From positions 1 through 64,000 of IMG/VR virus record IMGVR_UViG_3300025875_000005: a stretch of 64,000 bases of DNA, one strand, 5' to 3'. Shown here piece after piece: positions 18,461 to 27,259 of the stretch. The notes beneath the pieces were generated by a model that saw only the letters and a program-made list of their open reading frames with translations, made no database searches and was not told the origin of the DNA. Origin of the DNA: a virus. Within the stretch, counting starts at the first letter, position 1; each line of letters begins with the position of its first letter. Both the position numbers and the translations under genes were made by a program.

Positions 18461-18742
18461 CTACCTCCAAAATGGCTGGTACTGCTCTGTGTCTCGGGTC
18501 ACCTTGGACTTGAACTCACCCTTGCCATCCATGCGCTTGAGCAAGATGGTGGCAGTTGCGGCGTTGTACTCCAGCACCTGGAACGTCCTGCCATTGGTTC
18601 GATGCACCATCATCAGGGTCTGTCCCCTACGCGCTGGGAGGGCCCACAGTGCAGCAACCATGGAGGTCTCTGAGGCAGGTACCTTGGGAGCTTTGGAGGC
18701 CTTGAGTGCTTCTTGAGCCTTGGCACTGAGCTTCACAGCCAT
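18461..18742 (-). CDS. small basic protein
   Basis: CCAAGGAGTG RBS; K-rich N-terminus, beta-rich C-terminus. Confidence 0.6.
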   Translation of the reverse strand: MAVKLSAKAQEALKASKAPKVPASETSMVAALWALPARRGQTLMMVHRTNGRTFQVLEYNAATATILLKRMDGKGEFKSKVTRDTEQYQPFWR

Positions 18743-18764
18743 GCGTACCCACTCCTTGGGTTGT

Positions 18765-19600
18765 ACTTCAGAAAGAACACCCCGGTCCTAAGTTGCGGTC
18801 GCCCCTATCAGCCATACTTCGCGATTCTCCGTGAAGGTAAAGGTTAGATAGAAGAGTCTTATGAACCGAAGTGCGGTGAAATTTGGAACCGTGTCGGGAG
18901 CATGGTCCCGATACCCCGTACAGATCTGACAATCGGATTGGGGCACCCAAAATGGGCACGGTTGCGGGAAACCCTACCTACGCAAAGTTGTAAAGACAAC
19001 AAGGACTGAGTGCAGGAGTCGAACCTGCTTTGCTCCACCCCGGTAACGATCCGGCTCTCCCCATTGGTATGGGTTATGGCACCTGCCACCCGATGGTGCT
19101 GCTTGGGTCCCGTTGAGCGGCGCCGCCTACTAGGGAACCTTGCTGAGGGCTTCCGAGCCCCCCTACTCAGTCAAAAGGTGCCTGTCGCGGGCGGGACGAT
19201 ACCCCACAGGCTCTGGTAGTTCAGGAAGGAAATAGCTGGCCGCCAACCTTCCATCTAACGGACACCCACCAGTTGTCCGGTCCTACAGTGGGGAAGGAGG
19301 GAATCGAACCCCCTTGACCTAAATCGCTCGGGTTACAGCCGAGTGCCAAGTCCGTAAGGCGGCTTCCCCAAATATGCCCCCGCCCGCTGGGGCCACACGG
19401 TAGAGGTCTCATGCCTCTACTCTGCCCGACCCGTGTCCCCCGTCGGGAACCTTAGTTTCAGACTTCTTGATATCCGGGCTCTTTTACAGGTAGTGCCCCC
19501 GGCGCGCTGGGTGACACCGTTTAGGCTTGTAAGGGTTTTCTTGAAGGCTCCCCCAAGCGCAGGAGGCCCCGAGTACCAGGGCCCCCGGCTCGCTACAACC
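18765..19600 (-). ncRNA. candidate large structured ncRNA with embedded tRNA
   Basis: ~840 bp with no credible ORF in a gene-dense genome; more than a dozen hairpins, pseudoknot, multi-way junctions, pairing across the tRNA. Confidence 0.6.
19289..19369 (-). tRNA. tRNA-Tyr(GTA)
   Basis: Acceptor GGGGAAG/CTTCCCC+A, anticodon arm CTCGG-CTGTAAC-CCGAG, long variable arm, T-arm GGGGG-TTCGATT-CCCTC; C at position 8; CCA not encoded. Confidence 0.85.
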
Positions 19601-20422
19601 TTAGGCCTGTGCTTCCTGGGGAGCCGCTTCCTCAGCCACAGGAGCGGTATCCAGGGTCAGAGTCATCGTCGGGAAGGCCTTCTCGAAGACGCCTAGCACT
19701 GCCTCAATGCCCATGTTGGTGAAGATGGAGGTGAGGTCCGTAGGGTCAACCTTGGCGGTCGGAATCGAACCCGAGAGGACGCCCGCTGCCATGTGCTCAA
19801 GGGCAACGTTGTCGTGGGGGGTTCCAGTCTCAGCCTTAATCTTGCTGAGGGCGCTCTGGATGGTCTCCACTTGGTCAGCGTGACACTTGAACTTGAGCGT
19901 GGTCGAGTCGGTAGTGGTGCTCTCCTTCTCCTCACTCGCACCAGCACCCTTGAGCATGGCCTTAAGCTCAAGAACCGTGCAAGCCTCAGCCTTGGCGACC
20001 CACTCATCAACGTTGTCGAGGGTGAGGTGCTTGGCAAGCTCCTTCAGCTTGGTCCAGCCGAGGTGGCCAACCTTCTCCCAGGGAATCTGGTTCTTGACGA
20101 GGTTGGTGTAGATGTCCATCAGGTAGCGGGCCTTGCGCTCTTCAAACCCGTACTTGCTCTTCACGAAGTGCGCGAGGCTCTCATAGCCCTCGTACCAGCC
20201 CTGGTCGTTAATGACCGTCAGGAGGCCCCCGAGGCGGAAGTAGTTCCCCTCGATATCCTCCACAAGGCGATCCGCCTGACTGAGAACCTGAGCCTTCTGG
20301 AGGTTTTCGATCTCGGCAGCCACGTCGAGAATCACGTCCCCGGTACCCTTGTTCTTGGCCTTGCTCTTCGTCTTGGTTGCGGTAACGGTCTCTTCAGCGG
20401 CAACAGCGGTTTCTTCAGTCAT
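19601..20422 (-). CDS. putative DNA-binding protein (DUF3102-like pattern)
   Basis: YFRLGGLL..I..GY.S...F....GF..RKARYLM.IY..GWTKLKEL; own promoter at 20473-20502. Confidence 0.55.
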   Translation of the reverse strand: MTEETAVAAEETVTATKTKSKAKNKGTGDVILDVAAEIENLQKAQVLSQADRLVEDIEGNYFRLGGLLTVINDQGWYEGYESLAHFVKSKYGFEERKARYLMDIYTNLVKNQIPWEKVGHLGWTKLKELAKHLTLDNVDEWVAKAEACTVLELKAMLKGAGASEEKESTTTDSTTLKFKCHADQVETIQSALSKIKAETGTPHDNVALEHMAAGVLSGSIPTAKVDPTDLTSIFTNMGIEAVLGVFEKAFPTMTLTLDTAPVAEEAAPQEAQA

Positions 20423-20506
20423 TGGGGTCTCACTCCTTGAGGGTTGAACATCTCTTCTTGCTGACAGGGAGGAAGATACATCCAACCCTTCTAGTTTGTC
20501 AAGCGC

Positions 20507-21211
20507 CTACTTTGCGACCGCTGCGTCTTTCTTCGCAGGGGAGGCCTTTTTTGCCACATTCTTGGCCTTGGGCGCAATGGCCTTGGTCGAGATAACGTCC
20601 GTCACGGTCTGTGCAGAGACCGGCTGAGCCTTCTGGAAGGGGGAGGGACCCGTCTTCTTCGGGGGAGCCGTGAAGAACCCTTCAGGGTAGCTGGTCTTGA
20701 GGAACCCCAGGTGCTCATCCATGAGGGTGGCAACCGGCGCACCATAGAGGGCCCACTGAAGCTGGTACACGTCCGCGAGGATGCCCTCGATGGACTTGAT
20801 GATGGTCGCCTCATCCAGGTTGTTGCCCTGATGGGCAGCGTAGTAACCCTCCAGGAGGTGATTGGAGGCAGCATCCAGGTCCGTCAGGAGGCTCGTGGGA
20901 GTCGCCTGGACCTTGACCTTGCGCTGGCTGGAAGGCACCTTGACCTTGAGAAGCTTGGCCGCGTTGACCGCATGGTGAAGGATGCATCCCATGCTCTCCT
21001 TGGCATTCGCCTTCACCTGAGGCGTCAGCTGGAACCCAAGGATGTAGGGGCGCATGGCCTCCATCAGATTGCCGGTCTCATAGCGGACCCCGATGATGGA
21101 CTCCATCAGGTTCACGGTCTTGGCCTTGCGGAGGACGTTGCGAACGCCCGTCTTGATGGTCTTCGGCTCAAGCGTCTTGGTCACTACCCGTCGAAACTCA
21201 TTCGTCTTCAT
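20507..21211 (-). CDS. degenerate MazG-like (all-alpha NTP pyrophosphohydrolase fold) protein with K/A-rich tail
   Basis: M..NEF..V.KT, G..YETGNL, ESMGC in place of EELGD, LK.SYPEGF. Confidence 0.45.
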   Translation of the reverse strand: MKTNEFRRVVTKTLEPKTIKTGVRNVLRKAKTVNLMESIIGVRYETGNLMEAMRPYILGFQLTPQVKANAKESMGCILHHAVNAAKLLKVKVPSSQRKVKVQATPTSLLTDLDAASNHLLEGYYAAHQGNNLDEATIIKSIEGILADVYQLQWALYGAPVATLMDEHLGFLKTSYPEGFFTAPPKKTGPSPFQKAQPVSAQTVTDVISTKAIAPKAKNVAKKASPAKKDAAVAK

Positions 21212-21746
21212 GGAATTTAACCCCGTTTAGTATGGGGGAGGAATCTCCCCGTTGATGTGCCTGCCCCATGCGAGCCAGGGCATATGCTTCCATCACGTCT
21301 TCCTTCTTGAACGTGACGTTCCAGCGATTCTGGACTGCCTTCCACATCTCCGGCTTCTTTGCCTTGCCTGAGCCTGTGGTGAATTTCTTGAGACTAAGCG
21401 GAGGAATGTCCCACCATTTGAATCCCCCGCTATCTAGTCGATCCGTTATCAGAACTCTCAATTGGGAGAGGATGACCAGTGTGAACTGGTTTCCGTATGC
21501 CAGCCCTTCAATGTAGACCCTCTCGGGCTTGAAGGTGTTTGCGACGAACAGGATGCGATCCGCAATCAGTTGCAGCCTCAGGAGGCCTTTTACGTCTTTG
21601 AAATTGACCCACTCTTCATGGAGTGAGGTATCCCCCTGTAATACAACTACGCCTGACTTGGTGCTTGGGTCTACCCCCATGATTATCGGGGGCGGTGCTT
21701 GGTAGGTTGCTTCCTTACTCAGCGAGGCCTTGCGGATGATCGGCAT
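21198..21746 (-). CDS. RuvC-like Holliday junction resolvase
   Basis: MGVDPS..SG, VYIEG, LKKFTTGSGKAKK, EDVMEAY. Confidence 0.85.
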   Translation of the reverse strand: MPIIRKASLSKEATYQAPPPIIMGVDPSTKSGVVVLQGDTSLHEEWVNFKDVKGLLRLQLIADRILFVANTFKPERVYIEGLAYGNQFTLVILSQLRVLITDRLDSGGFKWWDIPPLSLKKFTTGSGKAKKPEMWKAVQNRWNVTFKKEDVMEAYALARMGQAHQRGDSSPILNGVKFHEDE

Positions 21747-21749
21747 TTG

Positions 21750-22664
21750 TCATTTCCCGGCAGAAATAGCAACCGCTGGAAGGTCAGGCAAGGGTGATGC
21801 TGGGTATTTGCCAGAGAAACATGGCTGAAGTACAGAACAGGACTTTGCAGTCGGGCTATATGAGGTTGGGCAGATTCCAGGAGGGATGATTCCCTTCTTT
21901 CTAAACACTGCCACCTTGGCCGCAAGGGAGAGTGCAGGCTTCAAAGCCTCCTCATCCCGGACCACATCGAACTCCTTGAAGGGCAAGATCTCGTCACCAT
22001 AGTCGGGATGCTTCTTGCCCCCGCTCTTGGCGATGTAGATGACCTTGGCAAGCTGGGTGTCGAATCGATGCTTCTCCGGATGCTCGCTGTCCTCAATCAG
22101 CCTCATGTAGAGGTTGGTCCGGATGCGATGCTCTGCCAGAGGGGCCGCCAGGGCTGCGAACTGGTCCTTGTCCATGGTCTTGATCTCCACCATGGTCAGC
22201 TTGGGCGCTCCCAGGTCGAGGAACACGTCAATGCCCCCGCTGAACTGGTACTTGGGATGGTGGAACCGGACTTCAATGTATTCCCAGTTATGCTTGCACT
22301 TGAAGGGAGCGATTAGCTCATTCGGCTTCTTGCACAGGTCTTGGGCCATTCCACAGCTACGGCATCTCCAGTTGCCCCATGAGAGATTCCCCAGCCACTT
22401 CTCCCGGAGGAGAGTAGCCAGGGTGTCCCCCATATCGAAGATGACTCTGAGGTAGGGCGCGATGTATTCCTTCTTGCGCTCCCCCTTGGTGAGGTCCAGT
22501 AGAGCTACCTCCCGAGGGCAGAAGGTCTCCTTGGTGATGTCAGAAGCGTGAATGAACTCGTGACTCCGGGCCTTCACCTCGCCCCCCAGATTCTCTCTGA
22601 GGGAGTTGATGATGGTCTTCTTCGGGGCCAGGGACTCTTTCACCGCGTCAACAAGGAAGCTCAT
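21750..22664 (-). CDS. PD-(D/E)xK exonuclease, Cas4/AddB-like with Cys cluster
   Basis: HASD..CPR, GGIDV, VEIKT, C-terminal C..C..C. Confidence 0.75.
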   Translation of the reverse strand: MSFLVDAVKESLAPKKTIINSLRENLGGEVKARSHEFIHASDITKETFCPREVALLDLTKGERKKEYIAPYLRVIFDMGDTLATLLREKWLGNLSWGNWRCRSCGMAQDLCKKPNELIAPFKCKHNWEYIEVRFHHPKYQFSGGIDVFLDLGAPKLTMVEIKTMDKDQFAALAAPLAEHRIRTNLYMRLIEDSEHPEKHRFDTQLAKVIYIAKSGGKKHPDYGDEILPFKEFDVVRDEEALKPALSLAAKVAVFRKKGIIPPGICPTSYSPTAKSCSVLQPCFSGKYPASPLPDLPAVAISAGK

Positions 22665-22665
22665 G

Positions 22666-23043
22666 CTACTCCTCAGGGTTCGTTAGCTCTTGGAAGAGGT
22701 ATTTGGGCACCATGACCCACTCCCCATGGAGCTTAGGCTTTCCCTCAGGTGTAACAAAGGACACTGACAAAGCTGGGTTGCTCTGCGTGGTCAGGGCCTC
22801 GTGAGCGATCTTCACCAGCCATCCAAGGTCCAGACTCATGCTCGCATGGATGGTGCTCTTGCACTCTAGCCGGTACTTGGTCTTGCCACGCTTGAAGGTG
22901 GCGTCCCCCTTGGCCCCTGCAAGGGCACCAGACGCTGGAGTGAGACGAGCGGACAAAGACTTGGCCACTCGCTTCTCCGATGCACTACCGTGCCCGCTAG
23001 AGCCCTTCTTGGCCACACGTTCAAGGAAGGGGTTCTTGCTCAT
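22666..23043 (-). CDS. Holliday-junction-resolvase-like PD-(D/E)xK endonuclease
   Basis: E..VA....TPASGA...KGD...LECKST. Confidence 0.7.
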   Translation of the reverse strand: MSKNPFLERVAKKGSSGHGSASEKRVAKSLSARLTPASGALAGAKGDATFKRGKTKYRLECKSTIHASMSLDLGWLVKIAHEALTTQSNPALSVSFVTPEGKPKLHGEWVMVPKYLFQELTNPEE

Positions 23044-23048
23044 GGGGT

Positions 23049-24197
23049 CTAGGTCTTGTCAGCGACCATGAGGGTTGAGCCCGCAACTGATTGCACTACC
23101 AGCTGCTGGCACTTGACCCTGAAGAGGGGGTCACAGAAATACTGCTCCTTGATGGGCACCAGGGTCTTATACGTCTCTCCAAACAGCGTCCAGCCCGCAC
23201 CAGTATTGACCAGCGTGCCCATAGTCTTGAGGTGGTTGGAAACCGTTGTCCAGGAGTCTGTGTCGCCCACGTCGAGATCCCCGACCGGCACCATGGCCAT
23301 GTCGTACTCGAACGATGCTGAGTTGATGGGCACCTTGGACTTCTTCACGGTCACAGAGGTGTTCTTGTAGACCGGCTTATCCGGGTGAACGGTCTTATCA
23401 GCCACGTTCTTGCCCGTCATGCGAACCGTTAGGGAGGACAGGAACTTCATGGTCTCCCCACCCGGCATGGTCTCCGGGTCCCCGAACATCACGCCAATCT
23501 TGAAGCGCCGCTGGTTGATGAGGATGAGGGCAGGGTAGTGGCCCTTCCGGCTCTCCTCTCCAAGCGCGATAGCTGCCTTGTTGCACATGCGCTTGACCAG
23601 GATCGGGGAGGTCCCCACATCAGCCTTGTCCGCGCTGGCCTCCACTTCCCGAGTCGAGACCATCACGGCAATCGAGTCCACGACACAGAGGGCAAGGTCA
23701 GACGCACGCATGACGGCATCCACCATGTCCACAGCCTCTTCACCATTGAGGGGCTTGAGGAGAATCAGGGCCTCAGTATCCACGCCCATCTGGGCTGCCC
23801 AGAACGGGTCAAAGGTGCCTTCCAGGTCCACGAATGCGCACTTGTTGCAGTGCTCGGGGAAAGCCTTCTGGATGTGAGCAATGGCCTTGAGGCAGAGGTT
23901 GGTCTTGCCGGAGGACTCCACCCCGAACACGATGGACATACGCCCCTGAGGGAAGCCCCCACCCGTGGCGAAGTCGAACTCAAAGACGCCGGTAGGGATG
24001 CGCTCCACCTTGGGGACTTGGTTGCCCTTGAGGACAGAGCCTTCACCCTTCTCCTTCTGGATGGCCTTGAGGATGGTGGAGAGAGGCGTGCCCCCGGTAG
24101 GGGCAGGCTTCTTGGTCTCAGGTATGGCTTCGGGAGCTTCGGGCTTCGTATCGGTCTTCAGCACTGATTCAGCACCCTTCCCAAACTTGAGCGGCAT
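23049..24197 (-). CDS. recA: RecA/UvsX-like recombinase
   Basis: TGGGFPQGR, GVESSGKT, FVDLEG, VVDSIA, INQ.R.KIGVMFG.PET.PGG. Confidence 0.92.
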   Translation of the reverse strand: MPLKFGKGAESVLKTDTKPEAPEAIPETKKPAPTGGTPLSTILKAIQKEKGEGSVLKGNQVPKVERIPTGVFEFDFATGGGFPQGRMSIVFGVESSGKTNLCLKAIAHIQKAFPEHCNKCAFVDLEGTFDPFWAAQMGVDTEALILLKPLNGEEAVDMVDAVMRASDLALCVVDSIAVMVSTREVEASADKADVGTSPILVKRMCNKAAIALGEESRKGHYPALILINQRRFKIGVMFGDPETMPGGETMKFLSSLTVRMTGKNVADKTVHPDKPVYKNTSVTVKKSKVPINSASFEYDMAMVPVGDLDVGDTDSWTTVSNHLKTMGTLVNTGAGWTLFGETYKTLVPIKEQYFCDPLFRVKCQQLVVQSVAGSTLMVADKT

Positions 24198-24201
24198 AGT
24201 C

Positions 24202-24582
24202 CTACGCACCCTTCTTGGCTTTTTGCGCGTCCTTGGTTTCCTTGGCGATACGTTCCGACACCCAATCGAGACCATGGGCGTAGGCGTCGTTCAAGGTTTC
24301 CTGCGTACAGGGGAGGGTGATGGCCACATGGATGCGAGCGGACTCGTAGTTACCCAGGTTGACCACTCGCTCCCCGCCTACCGTCACCCGCACCAGCTTG
24401 TCAGCTGGGATGGGCGGGACCTTCTCATCAACTTGCTCTTCCATGGTAGGGGTCTGCCCCTTGTACTGGACTGCCACGGTCTTGGTTCCCCCCGGGGCCT
24501 CGGTCTCCAGATGGTCAACGTAGGGGCTCTTGGGGGTCAACTTAGGCCCCAGAGTAACGGGAAGCTTGTTGATGATGGGCAT
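24202..24582 (-). CDS. conserved phage hypothetical protein
   Basis: VNLGNYESARI motif. Confidence 0.6.
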   Translation of the reverse strand: MPIINKLPVTLGPKLTPKSPYVDHLETEAPGGTKTVAVQYKGQTPTMEEQVDEKVPPIPADKLVRVTVGGERVVNLGNYESARIHVAITLPCTQETLNDAYAHGLDWVSERIAKETKDAQKAKKGA

Positions 24583-24586
24583 GGAT

Positions 24587-25015
24587 TCAGGTCCAGTTTG
24601 CGAAGGTGAGGGCAATGAGGTTCTCAAGCTCAGGCTTCTTGACGGCAGGAAGCTTGAACCCGTTGTCACGGAAGAACTTGGCAACTGATTGCAGAAGCTT
24701 TAGCTGGCCTTCTGTGAAGTAGAGTTTGGGTCCGAAGGGGTAGGGGCTTGGGTAAATCTCCTTCTCCCTCCAGCCTCGTAGGACAGCCGTTGACACCCCC
24801 AGGGCCTCTGCCACGTCCGAATGGGTCAGCGTGTACTGGGGAGGCAGCGGGGCCTTCTTAGCCCGACGTTTCTCCCGGGCTGCTGCTGCCCGTTGCTGGG
24901 CCGCCGCTCGGTAAGCCTCATCAGTCTGGTACTTGGCCTTGCGCTTCTCCAGCACCGTATTCTTGTGCTCTTCATACCACTCTTTGTAGGACTTCGTTCC
25001 CTTTGTTTCGCTCAT
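24587..25015 (-). CDS. MerR/excisionase-like HTH protein
   Basis: DVAEALGVSTAVLRGW...YFTE.Q. Confidence 0.65.
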   Translation of the reverse strand: MSETKGTKSYKEWYEEHKNTVLEKRKAKYQTDEAYRAAAQQRAAAAREKRRAKKAPLPPQYTLTHSDVAEALGVSTAVLRGWREKEIYPSPYPFGPKLYFTEGQLKLLQSVAKFFRDNGFKLPAVKKPELENLIALTFANWT

Positions 25016-26322
25016 AATCTCACCATTTCTGAACCGATTTCGAAGTATTGCTGCTGCCTCTTATGGAAGAACCCTTTGAAGATGGACCCTGAATCAAGAA
25101 GGTCTAGGCAGACCGGTTTGCGCTTGCCCTCCTTCATTCTTAGGATGCGTCCCAGAGGTTGCTTAATATTGGACCGGGGGGTCGCCATGACCAGGGAGTC
25201 CCAGGCAGGGAAGTCAGTACCCTCCGAGCACATCCCGTAGGTCGCGAACACGATCCGCTTGTTGCCATTGAACTTGAGGGTCTTCTTGTTCTCCCCGATG
25301 TAGAAGCCCATCTCTTCCCCCGGAAGGCTAAGGGTCCCACAGAGCACCTGGAGCTTCTTGAGGTGTTCCACGATGTCACTCATGACAACGATGGTGCGGC
25401 CCTTGGCGTAGGCGTCGTGAACGAACTGAACGATGCGCATGTTCCGCTCAATGTCCTGGGACATGGCCTTGTAGACGCCCATCATCTGACCGGGCTTCAC
25501 GCTGCCTGCCATCCAAGCTGGGATCTTCCAACCGGTCTCCTGGATGAGAACCTTGGGGCTCATGGGGACAGAGGTCCCCTGCACCATCACGGGACCAATA
25601 TGAGCCGCAAGAACAGGTGTCTTGCCATCGCTTCGCTTGGGGGTAGCACTGAGACCCAGACGGTGTTTGGCGGGAAAGAGAGTGCAAGCCTGACTGAAGG
25701 TCTCAGCTGCCATCCGATGCGTCTCGTCAAAGATGATGAGACCAAAGGAGTTGAAGAACTCGGAGTCGTACTTTCCGGGGCGGGTGACTGACTGCACCAT
25801 GGACAGGACAAAGCGCTTCCCCTTGTAGTCAAGCTTGTCAGCCTGAGCGATGCCAATCTGGTCAGGAGGGACACCCACGAGGTTGATGAGAGTCTCGCGC
25901 CATGAGTCCATCAGGTCCTGCTTGGTCATGAGGATGAGGGTCGTCTGACCCAATCGTCCAGCGATGGCACATCCGAGATACGTCTTCCCGAACCCAGTCG
26001 GGGCCTCAAGGATATGGTCTACGCCTTCACGAAGGAGGAAGACGGACTTGGCGATGCACTCCGCTTGCTCTTCAGAGCGCGGGGGCTTCCTGCACTCAAT
26101 TGCGGGAACGGGCCTGCTGATCCGGAAGTCCTTACCCAGGTGGGTGACCAGCCTCCGAGGCACTAGAAGCTCATCCCCGTTGCGGATGCTCATGGAGACT
26201 TCATCCCCGTAGGTGGAGACGAACTTCAAGGAGGCCTCCATACCCGCCGAATACGGGAAGTGAGCCACGGCATCAGTCTTCAGAGGAATCTGGTCAATCG
26301 AGATCAAAGCGAACCACTCCAT
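25012..26322 (-). CDS. SF2 DExH helicase (UvsW/XPB-like)
   Basis: APTGFGKT, DETH, LSAT, EGTD, Q..GRILR. Confidence 0.92.
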   Translation of the reverse strand: MEWFALISIDQIPLKTDAVAHFPYSAGMEASLKFVSTYGDEVSMSIRNGDELLVPRRLVTHLGKDFRISRPVPAIECRKPPRSEEQAECIAKSVFLLREGVDHILEAPTGFGKTYLGCAIAGRLGQTTLILMTKQDLMDSWRETLINLVGVPPDQIGIAQADKLDYKGKRFVLSMVQSVTRPGKYDSEFFNSFGLIIFDETHRMAAETFSQACTLFPAKHRLGLSATPKRSDGKTPVLAAHIGPVMVQGTSVPMSPKVLIQETGWKIPAWMAGSVKPGQMMGVYKAMSQDIERNMRIVQFVHDAYAKGRTIVVMSDIVEHLKKLQVLCGTLSLPGEEMGFYIGENKKTLKFNGNKRIVFATYGMCSEGTDFPAWDSLVMATPRSNIKQPLGRILRMKEGKRKPVCLDLLDSGSIFKGFFHKRQQQYFEIGSEMVRL

Positions 26323-26404
26323 TGGTTGGTACAGCCTGAGGGAGGGGCCCGTGGTTCCGGTTTCCCTAGAACTCCTAGAACCCCATCCCTCAGTAAATCA
26401 GGTG

Positions 26405-27181
26405 CTAAAGGTGCGAGTCGTAGTCGTCAGAGGCAGCGGCCTGAGGGGCAGACATTCCGCCTCCCATCCCACCCATGGCAACGGGAGCCCCGAAGCCCAG
26501 CGCGCGAAGCTCATCCCCGGTACGGAAGACAAGCTCCTTGGCATAGTCGAGGGGGGCAAAGAGGCTTTCCGTCACCTCAGCACCATCCTTCTTGTAGGTG
26601 CGGACATACTTCTTGGCCGCCTCTGCCGGGTCCACCTTGTGCTGGAAGTCGAATGCCGACCCCACGGAAGCGTCCTTGGACGTTGCCCGGGTCGTATCGA
26701 CAATCCATCCCGTCAGCCCGCCGCGCTTCATGGCGTAGGACTGGAGGATGTCCATGGTCCGGGGCTTGGCCACGAACAGCTTGCGGGTGAAGGGCAGGAT
26801 GTTCCCTGCCTTGGTCGTGTAGGGCACGAGGTCCAGAACCGAGAACACTGACACGAGCGCGGGCTTATCCTTGCCCTCGCAGATGGGACAGCGGTCCTTG
26901 TTCTGAGGGGCAGACTGCTCAGGGCAGATATAGTTACCCCAGTTACCCTGATGCATGACCGTGTGCTCGTAGAACCGAAGGGGGGTCAGCTTGTTTCCCG
27001 CCTTGGGGTTGAGCGCACCATCAAGGAACAGAATCTGTCCGTTGGTAGGGGAGCTACCGGTCACCTTCAGACCGTACCGGAATGCCTTACCCTGCTCTGC
27101 CTGACGAGCCTCAGCGGCCTTCTTCTCCCGCTGTGCAAGCTCTTCGGACTCTTCCCCCGTCTTCATCCATGAAACTGACAT
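26405..27181 (-). CDS. single-stranded DNA-binding protein (gp32-like)
   Basis: H..C..CPIC Zn site, acidic C-terminus DDYDSHL, position between primase and helicase. Confidence 0.65.
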   Translation of the reverse strand: MSVSWMKTGEESEELAQREKKAAEARQAEQGKAFRYGLKVTGSSPTNGQILFLDGALNPKAGNKLTPLRFYEHTVMHQGNWGNYICPEQSAPQNKDRCPICEGKDKPALVSVFSVLDLVPYTTKAGNILPFTRKLFVAKPRTMDILQSYAMKRGGLTGWIVDTTRATSKDASVGSAFDFQHKVDPAEAAKKYVRTYKKDGAEVTESLFAPLDYAKELVFRTGDELRALGFGAPVAMGGMGGGMSAPQAAASDDYDSHL

Positions 27182-27259
27182 TTTGCTTCCTTTATGTTGA
27201 TTTTCATCAACGTTGGTTGGGTGTAGCCTGCTGATTCTAACTCTCACTACTCTAGTTTG

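Noticed and set aside
19004-19172. tmRNA or tRNA-Sec
   Set aside because: Too short for tmRNA, no G3-U70 alanine identity and no tag ORF; no UCA anticodon arm despite the 8+5 stem geometry.
19289-19369. tRNA as a prophage attachment site or host boundary
   Set aside because: Phage genes, promoters and the palindrome continue on both sides; no integrase or duplicated tRNA 3' end seen.
18768-19696. Short ORFs across the ncRNA locus
   Set aside because: No RBS, atypical composition, and they overlap the tRNA and stems.
21750-22664. Cas4-like nuclease as part of a CRISPR-Cas system
   Set aside because: No cas1/cas2 or array; it sits in a recombination operon, as is common for phage exonucleases.
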